This document shows, piece after piece, positions 49,901 to 61,090 of a stretch of DNA of 64,000 nt. How positions within the stretch are numbered: position 1 is the first letter of the stretch; every line of letters begins with the position of its first letter. Origin of the DNA: Eledone cirrhosa. Its lineage: Eukaryota. The DNA lies in contig OZ024740.1 of NCBI GenBank assembly GCA_964016885.1, positions 355,446,001 through 355,510,000 on the forward strand, read 5' to 3'. The notes under the pieces were generated by a model. The model saw only the letters and a list, made by a program, of their open reading frames with translations, was not told where the DNA came from and did no database searches. Position numbers and translations under genes: made by a program.

Positions 49901-52900
49901 GCCAAGGTCAACTTTGGCTTTCATCTATAGAGTTCTTAGTTAAAAGCATGCCAAGGTCAACTTTGGCATTCATCCATATGGAGTTCTTAGTTAAAAGCAT
50001 GCCAAGGTCAACTTTGGCTTTCATCTATATAGAGTTCTTAGTTAAAAGCATGCCAAGGTCAACTTTGGCTTTCATCTATATAGAATTCTTAGTTAAAAGC
50101 ATACCAAGGTCAACTTTGGCTTTCATCTACATAGAGTTCTTAGTTAAAAGCATGCCAAGGTCAACTTTGGCTTTCATCTATATGGAGTTCTTAGTTAAAA
50201 GCATGCCAAGGTCAACTTTGGCATTCATCCATATAGAATTCTTAGTTAAAAGCATGCCAAGGTCAACTTTGGCTTTCATCTATATAGAGTTCTTAGTTAA
50301 AAGCATGCCAAGGTCCACTTTGGCTTTCATCTATATAGAATTCTTAGTTAAAAGCATGCCAAGGTCAACTTTGGCTTTCATCTATATAGAGTTCTTAGTT
50401 AAAAGCATGCCAAGGTCAACTTTGGCATTCATCCATATAGAGTTCTTAGTTAAAAGCATGCCAAGGTCAACTTTGTCTTTCATCCATATGGAGTTGTTAG
50501 TTAAAAGCATGCCAAGGTCAACTTTGGCTTTCATCTATATAGAGTTCTTAGTTAAAAGCATGCCAAGGTCAACTTTGGCTTTCATCTATATAGAATTCTT
50601 AGTTAAAAGCATGCCAAGGTCAACTTTGGCTTTCATCTATATAGAGTTCTTAGTTAAAAGCATGCCAAGGTCAACTTTGTCTTTCATCCATATGGAGTTC
50701 TTAGTTAAAAGCATGCCAAGGTCAACTTTGGCATTCATCCATATAGAGTTCTTAGTTAAAAGCATGCCAAGGTCAACTTTGGCATTCATCCATATAGAGT
50801 TCTTAGTTAAAAGCATGCCAAGGTCAACTTTGGCTTTCATCTATATAGAGTTCTTAGTTAAAAGCATGCCAAGGTCAACTTTGGCTTTCATCCATATGGA
50901 GTTCTTAGTTAAAAGCATGCCAAGGTCAACTTTGGCTTTCATCCATATGGAGTTCTTAGTTAAAAGCATGCCAAGGTCAACTTTGGCTTTCATCTATATA
51001 GAGATCTTATTTAAAAGCATGCCAAGGTCAACTTTGTCTTTCATCCATATGGAGTTCTTAGTTAAAAGCATGCCAAGGTCAACTTTGGCTTTCATCTATA
51101 TAGAGTTCTTAGTTAAAAGCATGCCAAGGTCAACTTTGTCTTTCATCCATATGGAGTTCTTAGTTAAAAGCATGCCAAGGTCAACTTTGTCTTTTATCCA
51201 TATTGAGTTCTTAGTTAAAAGCATGCCAAGGTCAACTTTGGCATTCATCCATATAGAGTTCTTAGTTAAAAGCATGCCAAGGTCAACTTTGGCATTCATC
51301 CATATAGAGTTCTTAGTTAAAAGCATGCCAAGGTCAACTTTGGCATTCATCCATATAGAGTTCTTAGTTAAAAGCATGCCAAGGTCAACTTTGGCATTCA
51401 TCCATATAGAGTTCTTAGTTAAAAGCATGCCAAGGTCAACTTTGGCATTCATCCATATAGAGTTCTTAGTTAAAAGCATGCCAAGGTCAACTTTGGCATT
51501 CATCCATATAGAGTTCTTAGTTAAAAGCATGCCAAGGTCAACTTTGTCTTTCATCCATATGGAGTTCTTAGTTAAAAGCATGCCAAGGTCAACTTTGGCA
51601 TTCATCCATATAGAGTTCTTAGTTGAAAGCATGCCAAGGTCAACTTTGGCTTTCATCCATATGGAGTTCTTAGTTAAAAGCATGCCAAGGTCAACTTTGG
51701 CATTCATCCATATAGAGTTCTTAGTTAAAAGCATGCCAAGGTCAACTTTGGCTTTCATCCATATGGAGTTCTTAGTTAAAAGCATGCCAAGGTCAACTTT
51801 GGCATTCATCCATATAGAGTTCTTAGTTAAAAGCATGCCAAGGTCAACTTTGGCATTCATCCATATAGAGTTCTTAGTTAAAAGCATGCCAAGGTCAACT
51901 TTGGCATTCATCCATATGGAGTTCTTAGTTAAAAGCATGCCAAGGTCAACTTTGGCATTCATCCATATAGAGTTCTTAGTTAAAAGCATGCCAAGGTCAA
52001 CTTTGGCTTTCATCTATATAGAGTTCTTAGTTAAAAGCATGCCAAGGTCAACTTTGGCATTCATCCATATGGAGTTCTTAGTTAAAAGCATGCCAAGGTC
52101 AACTTTGGCATTCATCCATATGGAGTTCTTAGTTAAAAGCATGCCAAGGTCAACTTTGGCATTCATCCATATAGAGTTCTTAGTTAAAAGCATACCAAGG
52201 TCAACTTTGGCTTTCATCTACATAGAGTTCTTAGTTAAAAGCATGCCAAGGTCAACTTTGGCTTTCATCTATATGGAGTTCTTAGTTAAAAGCATGCCAA
52301 GGTCAACTTTGGCATTCATCCATATAGAATTCTTAGTTAAAAGCATGCCAAGGTCAACTTTGGCTTTCATCTATATAGAGTTCTTAGTTAAAAGCATGCC
52401 AAGGTCCACTTTGGCTTTCATCTATATAGAATTCTTAGTTAAAAGCATGCCAAGGTCAACTTTGGCTTTCATCTATATAGAGTTCTTAGTTAAAAGCATG
52501 CCAAGGTCAACTTTGGCATTCATCCATATAGAGTTCTTAGTTAAAAGCATGCCAAGGTCAACTTTGTCTTTCATCCATATGGAGTTGTTAGTTAAAAGCA
52601 TGCCAAGGTCAACTTTGGCTTTCATCTATATAGAGTTCTTAGTTAAAAGCATGCCAAGGTCAACTTTGGCTTTCATCTATATAGAATTCTTAGTTAAAAG
52701 CATGCCAAGGTCAACTTTGGCTTTCATCTATATAGAGTTCTTAGTTAAAAGCATGCCAAGGTCAACTTTGTCTTTCATCCATATGGAGTTCTTAGTTAAA
52801 AGCATGCCAAGGTCAACTTTGGCATTCATCCATATAGAGTTCTTAGTTAAAAGCATGCCAAGGTCAACTTTGGCATTCATCCATATAGAGTTCTTAGTTA

Positions 52901-55900
52901 AAAGCATGCCAAGGTCAACTTTGGCTTTCATCTATATAGAGTTCTTAGTTAAAAGCATGCCAAGGTCAACTTTGGCTTTCATCCATATGGAGTTCTTAGT
53001 TAAAAGCATGCCAAGGTCAACTTTGGCTTTCATCCATATGGAGTTCTTAGTTAAAAGCATGCCAAGGTCAACTTTGGCTTTCATCTATATAGAGATCTTA
53101 TTTAAAAGCATGCCAAGGTCAACTTTGTCTTTCATCCATATGGAGTTCTTAGTTAAAAGCATGCCAAGGTCAACTTTGGCTTTCATCTATATAGAGTTCT
53201 TAGTTAAAAGCATGCCAAGGTCAACTTTGTCTTTCATCCATATGGAGTTCTTAGTTAAAAGCATGCCAAGGTCAACTTTGTCTTTTATCCATATTGAGTT
53301 CTTAGTTAAAAGCATGCCAAGGTCAACTTTGGCATTCATCCATATAGAGTTCTTAGTTAAAAGCATGCCAAGGTCAACTTTGGCATTCATCCATATAGAG
53401 TTCTTAGTTAAAAGCATGCCAAGGTCAACTTTGGCATTCATCCATATAGAGTTCTTAGTTAAAAGCATGCCAAGGTCAACTTTGGCATTCATCCATATGG
53501 AGTTCTTAGTTAAAAGCATGCCAAGGTCAACTTTGGCATTCATCCATATAGAGTTCTTAGTTAAAAGCATGCCAAGGTCAACTTTGGCATTCATCCATAT
53601 AGAGTTCTTAGTTAAAAGCATGCCAAGGTCAACTTTGGCATTCATCCATATAGAGTTCTTAGTTAAAAGCATGCCAAGGTCAACTTTGTCTTTCATCCAT
53701 ATGGAGTTCTTAGTTAAAAGCATGCCAAGGTCAACTTTGGCATTCATCCATATAGAGTTCTTAGTTGAAAGCATGCCAAGGTCAACTTTGGCTTTCATCC
53801 ATATGGAGTTCTTAGTTAAAAGCATGCCAAGGTCAACTTTGGCATTCATCCATATAGAGTTCTTAGTTAAAAGCATGCCAAGGTCAACTTTGGCTTTCAT
53901 CCATATGGAGTTCTTAGTTAAAAGCATGCCAAGGTCAACTTTGGCATTCATCCATATAGAGTTCTTAGTTAAAAGCATGCCAAGGTCAACTTTGGCATTC
54001 ATCCATATAGAGTTCTTAGTTAAAAGCATGCCAAGGTCAACTTTGGCATTCATCCATATGGAGTTCTTAGTTAAAAGCATGCAAAGGTCAACTGTGGCAT
54101 TCATCCATATAGAGTTCTTAGTTAAAAGCATGCCAAGGTCAACTTTGGCTTTCATCTATATAGAGTTCTTAGTTAAAAGCATGCCAAGGTCAACTTTGGC
54201 ATTCATCCATATGGAGTTCTTAGTTAAAAGCATGCCAAGGTCAACTTTGGCATTCATCCATATAGAGTTCTTAGTTAAAAGCATGCCAAGGTCAACTTTG
54301 CCTTTCATCTATATAGAGTTCTTAGTTAAAAGCATGCCAAGGTCAACTTTGGCTTTCATCTATATAGAGTTCTTAGTTAAAAGCATGCCAAGGTCAACTT
54401 TGGCATTCATCCATATGGAGTTCTTAGTTAAAAGCATGCCAAGGTCAACTTTGGCATTCATCCATATAGAGTTCTTAGTTAAAAGCATGCCAAGGTCAAC
54501 TTTGGCATTCATCCATATAGGGTTCTTAGTTAAAAGCATGCCAAGGTCAACTTTGGCTTTCATCCATATGGAGTTCTTAGTTAAAAGCATGCCAAGGTCA
54601 ACTTTGGCTTTCATCCATATGGAGTTCTTAGTTAAAAGCATGCCAAGGTCAACTTTGGCATTCATCTATATAGAGTTCTTAGTTAAAAGCATGCCAAGGT
54701 CAACTTTGGCTTTCATCTATATAGAGTTCTTAGTTAAAAGCATGCCAAGATCAACTTTGGCTTTCATCTATATAGAGTTCTTAGTTAAAAGCATGCCAAG
54801 GTCAACTTTGGCTTTCATCTATATAGAGTTCTTAGTTAAAAGCATGCCAAGGTCAACTTTGGCTTTCATCTATATAGAGTTCTTAGTTAAAAGCATGCCA
54901 AGGTCAACTTTGGCTTTCATCTATATAGAGTTCTTAGTTAAACGCATGCCAAGGTCAACTTTGGCTTTCATCTATATAGAGTTCTTAGTTAAAAGCATGC
55001 CAAGGTCAACTTTGGCTTTCATCTATATAGAGTTCTTAGTTAAAAGCATGCCAAGGTCAACTTTGGCATTCATCCATATGGAGTTCTTAGTTAAAAGCAT
55101 GCCAAGGTCAACTTTGGCATTCATCCATATAGAGTTCTTAGTTAAAAGCATGCCAAGGTCAACTTTGGCTTTCATCTATATAGAGTTCTTAGTTAAAAGC
55201 ATGCCAAGGTCAACTTTGGCATTCATCCATATGGAGTTCTTAGTTAAAAGCATGCCAAGGTCAACTTTGGCATTCATCCATATAGAGTTCTTAGTTAAAA
55301 GCATGCCAAGGTCAACTTTGGCATTCATCCATATAGAGTTCTTAGTTAAAAGCATGCCAAGGTCAACTTTGGCTTTCATCCATATAGAGTTCTTAGTTAA
55401 AAGCATGCCAAGGTCAACTTTGGCTTTCATCCATATGGAGTTCTTAGTTAAAAGCATGCCAAGGTCAACTTTGGCATTCATCTATATAGAGTTCTTAGTT
55501 AAAAGCATGCCAAGGTCAACTTTGTCTTTCATCCATATAGAGTTCTTAGTTAAAAGCATGCCAAGGTCAACTTTGTCTTTCATCCATATGGAGTTCTTAG
55601 TTAAAAGCATGCCAAGGTCAACTTTGGCTTTCATCCATATAGAGTTCTTAGTTAAAAGCATGCCAAGGTCAACTTTGTCTTTCATCCATATGGAGTTCTT
55701 AGTTAAAAGCATGCCAAGGTCAACTTTGGCTTTCATCTATATAGAGTTCTTAGTTAAAAGCATGCCAAGGTCAACTTTGGCTTTCATCTATATAGAGTTC
55801 TTAGTTAAAAGCATGCCAAGGTCAACTTTGGCTTTCATCTATATAGAATTCTTAGTTAAAAGCATGCCAAGGTCAACTTTGGCTTTCATCTATATAGAGT

Positions 55901-58389
55901 TCTTAGTTAAAAGCATGCCAAGGTCAACTTTGGCTTTCATCTATATAGAATTCTTAGTTAAAAGCATGCCAAGGTCAACTTTGGCTTTCATCTATATAGA
56001 GTTCTTAGTTAAAAGCATGCCAAGGTCAACTTTGGCATTCATCCATATAGAGTTCTTAGTTAAAAGCATGCCAAGGTCAACTTTGGCTTTCATCCATATG
56101 GAGTTCTTAGTTAAAAGCATGCCAAGGTCAACTTTGGCATTCATCCATATAGAGTTCTTAGTTAAAAGCATGCCAAGGTCAACTTTGGCATTCATCCATA
56201 TAGAGTTCTTAGTTAAAAGCATGCCAAGGTCAACTTTGGCATTCATCCATATGGAGTTCTTAGTTAAAAGCATGCCAAGGTCAACTTTGGCATTCATCCA
56301 TATAGAGTTCTTAGTTAAAAGCATGCCAAGGTCAACTTTGGCTTTCATCTATATAGAGTTCTTAGTTAAAAGCATGCCAAGGTCAACTTTGGCATTCATC
56401 CATATGGAGTTCTTAGTTAAAAGCATGCCAAGGTCAACTTTGGCATTCATCCATATAGAGTTCTTAGTTAAAAGCATGCCAAGGTCAACTTTGGCATTCA
56501 TCCATATAGAGTTCTTAGTTAAAAGCATGCCAAGGTCAACTTTGGCTTTCATCCATATAGAGTTCTTAGTTAAAAGCATGCCAAGGTCAACTTTGGCTTT
56601 CATCCATATGGAGTTCTTAGTTAAAAGCATGCCAAGGTCAACTTTGGCATTCATCTATATAGAGTTCTTAGTTAAAAGCATGCCAAGGTCAACTTTGTCT
56701 TTCATCCATATAGAGTTCTTAGTTAAAAGCATGCCAAGGTCAACTTTGTCTTTCATCCATATGGAGTTCTTAGTTAAAAGCATGCCAAGGTCAACTTTGG
56801 CTTTCATCCATATAGAGTTCTTAGTTAAAAGCATGCCAAGGTCAACTTTGTCTTTCATCCATATGGAGTTCTTAGTTAAAAGCATGCCAAGGTCAACTTT
56901 GGCTTTCATCTATATAGAGTTCTTAGTTAAAAGCATGCCAAGGTCAACTTTGGCTTTCATCTATATAGAGTTCTTAGTTAAAAGCATGCCAAGGTCAACT
57001 TTGGCTTTCATCTATATAGAATTCTTAGTTAAAAGCATGCCAAGGTCAACTTTGGCTTTCATCTATATAGAGTTCTTAGTTAAAAGCATGCCAAGGTCAA
57101 CTTTGGCATTCATCCATATAGAGTTCTTAGTTAAAACATGCCAAGGTCCACTTTGTCTTTCATCCATATGGAGTTCTTAGTTAAAAGCATGCCAAGGTCA
57201 ACTTTGGCTTTCATCTATATAGAGTTCTTAGTTAAAAGCATGCCAAGGTCAACTTTGGCTTTCATCTATATAGAGTTCTTAGTTAAAAGCATGCCAAGGT
57301 CAACTTTGGCTTTCATCTATATAGAATTCTTAGTTAAAAGCATGCCAAGGTCAACTTTGGCTTTCATCTATATAGAGTTCTTAGTTAAAAGCATGCCAAG
57401 GTCAACTTTGGCTTTCATCTATATAGAATTCTTAGTTAAAAGCATGCCAAGGTCAACTTTGGCTTTCATCTATATAGAGTTCTTAGTTAAAAGCATGCCA
57501 AGGTCAACTTTGGCATTCATCCATATAGAGTTCTTAGTTAAAAGCATGCCAAGGTCAACTTTGTCTTTCATCCATATGGAGTTCTTAGTTAAAAGCATGC
57601 CAAGGTCAACTTTGGCTTTCATCTATATAGAATTCTTAGTTAAAAGCATGCCAAGGTCAACTTTGGCTTTCATCTATATAGAGTTCTTAGTTAAAAGCAT
57701 GCCAAGGTCAACTTTGGCTTTCATCTATATAGAATTCTTAGTTAAAAGCATGCCAAGGTCAACTTTGGCTTTCATCTATATAGAGTTCTTAGTTAAAAGC
57801 ATGCCAAGGTCAACTTTGGCTTTCATCTATATGGAGTTCTTAGTTAAAAGCATGCCAAGGTCAACTTTGGCTTTCATCTATATGGAGTTCTTAGTTAAAA
57901 GCATGCCAAGGTCAACTTTGGCTTTCATCTATATGGAGTTCTTAGTTAAAAGCATGCCAAGGTCAACTTTGGCATTCATCCATATAGAATTCTTAGTTAA
58001 AAGCATGCCAAGGTCAACTTTGGCTTTCATCTATATAGAATTCTTAGTTAAAAGCATGCCAAGGTCAACTTTGGCTTTCATCTATATGGAGTTCTTAGCT
58101 AAAAGCATGCCAAGGTCAACTTTGGCTTTCATCTATATGGAGTTCTTAGTTAAAAGCATGCCAAGGTCAACTTTGGCTTTCATCTATATGGAGTTCTTAG
58201 TTAAAAGCATGCCAAGGTCAACTTTGGCTTTCATCTATATAGAGTTCTTAGTTAAAAGCATGCCAAGGTCAACTTTGGCTTTCATCTATATAGAGTTCTT
58301 AGTTAAAAGCATGCCAAGGTCAACTTTGGCTTTCATCTATATAGAGTTCTTAGTTAAAAGCATGCCAAGGTCAACTTTGGCCTTAATCC
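28999..58389. repeat. 51-bp satellite DNA array, ~29.4 kb, ~576 monomers, SINE-derived
   Basis: Consensus AGGTCAACTTTG(G/T)C(T/A)TTCATC(C/T)ATAT(A/G)GAGTTCTTAGTTAAAAGCATGCCA in uninterrupted head-to-tail tandem; only four small indels seen (~39120, ~44931, ~49927, ~57137). Confidence 0.99.
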
Positions 58390-58959
58390 TTCTGGAACTG
58401 ATAAATAATGTATTAACATTGTACTGAAATTAATTCTTCTCTCACATTCTCTCAGAATCAGCTTCACAGAATAGTGAGAGAACTTATTTTGATGGTAAAC
58501 TCTTCATTTATTACCATCACTTCACCCCTTGGGTGTCTTTAGCAAAGTTCACTCTGTTGCCAGCATTAATGCCAGGATTCCAGCTTAAGGATACTTTGTT
58601 CTCCCCCTTCAACTAGTTTTGGTGGCCCTAAAAAGGATCACCAGTACTGCCTTTCCTTCCCAGACAAAACAGTTAAAAAAATACTTGCATGTGTATGTCA
58701 TGTCGAATTGTGCATATATAATATATACCCTTCCTAGCAGGCAAAGCATACATTAAAATAACGATGATAATGCTGATGATAATGATGATAATGATGATGA
58801 TGTTGATTATGAAATGTGTGTGCGCGTATGTATGGCTTCAGCCAGTTGGCTGGAACAGGAAAATGGGTAAAAGACTATGCATGCATATATGTTTGTATTT
58901 ATGTATGTATGTAAAAAAAATCTTCACGCACGATAGCATTAATTGACAATTATTAATAA

Positions 58960-59315
58960 CTAGCAGATTTACCCGGCGTTGCCCGGGGTTTGAAATGCAA
59001 CAAAGAATAAACAAGAAACAAACGATAATATTAGTGATTAATCTTCAAATGAATCTGATGTTTATATTTCTGTCAATAAAGTTGGTCATCTCCCTTTTTT
59101 TTTTATAAGGATTGTCAATAAAGTTTGTTATCTCCCTTACATCAATTTTGCTACCGATAACTTGGGTCGATTTGAAAAATGTTTGTGATGTGACAATCTT
59201 AGCGACCTGTGCAATGTGCACGGACAATTTGGTCAAATTCAGTTGGTAATTGTAAAAGCCTTAAGTATGCAAAGTTGTACACAGACACACACATCCTCGC
59301 TTTTATATATATACA
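58960..59315 (-). mobile_element. Non-autonomous Helitron
   Basis: Minus-strand 3' end CCCGGGCAACGCCGGGtaaatctgCTAG|T; 5' end TGTATATATATAAAAGCGAGG (TC changed to TG); same terminal design as 8334-9322. Confidence 0.8.
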
Positions 59316-59367
59316 AATGTTATATCATGCAATGACCATACGCGATAACGAGGGGGCAGCCATCATT

Positions 59368-59469
59368 TATGTATGTATGCACGTATGTATATGTGTGTGT
59401 GTGTGTATGTGTGTACGTGTGTGCATGTGTATATATGTATGCATGTATGTATGTATGTATGTATGTATG
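59368..59469. repeat. (TATG)n/(TG)n microsatellite
   Basis: Visible run abutting the 3' end of the R4-type element. Confidence 0.9.
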
Positions 59470-60352
59470 TTCTTCTGGTTTTATAATTTTATAAATGTTT
59501 ACTAATAGAGAGAGAGTCGGTTTGTAACATAGATACAAGACTCTCTCATTGGAATTTACACATCAACTAGGTAGATATGTATGCATGTCTGCATGCATGT
59601 GTATGCAGGTATGGATGTTATTGTATGTGTGGATGTGGATGTTTTTAGTTATATGTGTGCATGCGCATATGCTTTGTATCTGTACAACAGTACATACAGT
59701 GATTATATGCAGAATCTTTGGAATGTTTTACAAATTTTTACTGTTCCACTTGTAATTTCCTAACTAGTTGTGTTGTTTCTGTTTCTGTGAAGCCCAGCTT
59801 CTCAAGATTTGTACTGAGGCAGTTAGTAACATATCCCAGTGCCCCAATAATCACAGGTATAAATCTGAAGGTATAGTCAGGGTGGAGTATCTGTAGATTT
59901 CTCATTAGTTCTGCATAGATATTCTCCTTTTCATTAATCTTTAATATATTAGCATCTGCTGGGCCGCTAACTTCCACTACTGAGCATGTCTTCTTTTCTC
60001 TGTCCCATATTATATCTGACCTGGTATGCTTGCATTTTATTGGGGTTTTGACTGGAACATTCCACCAGTACTCTTTCATATTATGTATATGTATGTCTTC
60101 CACATTGCTGTAGCTTTTAATGTGCTTATTGTCGAGGCTATGTTTTCTACAGATTGCATTGTACAGTGTTTTGGCCACTACATAGCCTCATAGGTAGATA
60201 GTACTGTGATGACATCTTTGGACAGCTGGTTATGACATGGGTGACATCTTCGATGTTAATTCTGCTGAGTCTGCATTTGTTGTCACATCTAGATGCTTTC
60301 CCTGCATCCCTATCTCTTTTGTGAATTAGGTGTTTTGTGCTTATTTCCTGTA
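59470..60352 (-). mobile_element. R4/Dong-clade non-LTR retrotransposon, 5'-truncated (RLE domain plus 3' UTR)
   Basis: YWWNVPVKTPIKCKHTRSDIIWDREKKTCSVVEVSGP...EKENIY...FIPVIIGALG; homologous to 61091-61990. Confidence 0.88.
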
Positions 60353-61090
60353 TGCATATGTAAGTATGTATGTATGTGTCAAGTAGCTCTTTGGCGCTAC
60401 TAGTAACATGTAATCCAGAACAACCTGTGCATGGTCAGATAGTCGGCAACTAAACCAGCAACGCTCATTGCTGAAGAAGTTGATTTTGGACCCTCTGCAG
60501 AATGAAAAACAAAACCCGTCAAACCCGTCATAGATATCCTTTTAGCAGTTTGAGGTATTGTTGTTTTTAGAACAACTAATTACAAAGAGTTGAGTTGAGC
60601 TGACATGTCAAACAAACAGTAACAAACAAAATTAGAACCAAGAAGTAAGAGTGGCATTGTGCCAGGCCTAAAGAGGCTGACAAGCCAAAGTGAAAATCTC
60701 ATCGTTACATAATAGTGTCTCTTCCTTTCAAGGTTCAAGCAGCAAGAGAGAGTATATACAAAAGAAGCAGAAAATCTTTGTTTAGACAGAAGTTGGAATA
60801 TATATTTGTGCGTGGCTTACGATTGGCCTGACTTAGCCAAATCACACGTGAATAGCTTCGCTACATCCTCAACTGCTTCTGCTGGAATTCGCCAGATGGC
60901 ATTAACCATCAGCTTCCAAAATTCATAGCTAAAGGGCTTTCAAATGTTTGCGAAACATACCATATATCATTAGATATACAAAATTCACATACAACATAAA
61001 CATATGTATACAGCTATACTAGAGTAAAACCTTTAATTGTATGTATGCATGTATATATGTATGATGTATGTATGTATGTATGTATGTATG

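Noticed and set aside
28999-58389. CRISPR-like array
   Set aside because: No unique spacers, no cas genes, eukaryotic context
28996-58427. Giant ORFs (up to 2410 aa) of MPRSTLAFIHIEFLVKS repeats, and antisense MKAKVDLGMLLTKNSIW repeats, as a repeat protein or peptide precursor
   Set aside because: A 51-bp unit lacking stops in one frame gives such ORFs automatically. The common variants are mostly non-synonymous, stops and frameshifts are copied along with the higher-order repeats, there is no leader or unique domain, and the monomer derives from a non-coding SINE. Ribo-seq or proteomic evidence would be needed to revive this.
58620-58640. Histone 3' stem-loop-like GATCCTTTTTAGGGCCACCA on the minus strand
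   Set aside because: The stem has a mismatch and there is no histone coding sequence upstream
60380-60960. Unexplained moderately GC-rich segment between the two R4-type copies, with a ctgaaga...gaaa motif
   Set aside because: No convincing stems, ORF or termini; cannot be classified without a repeat-library search
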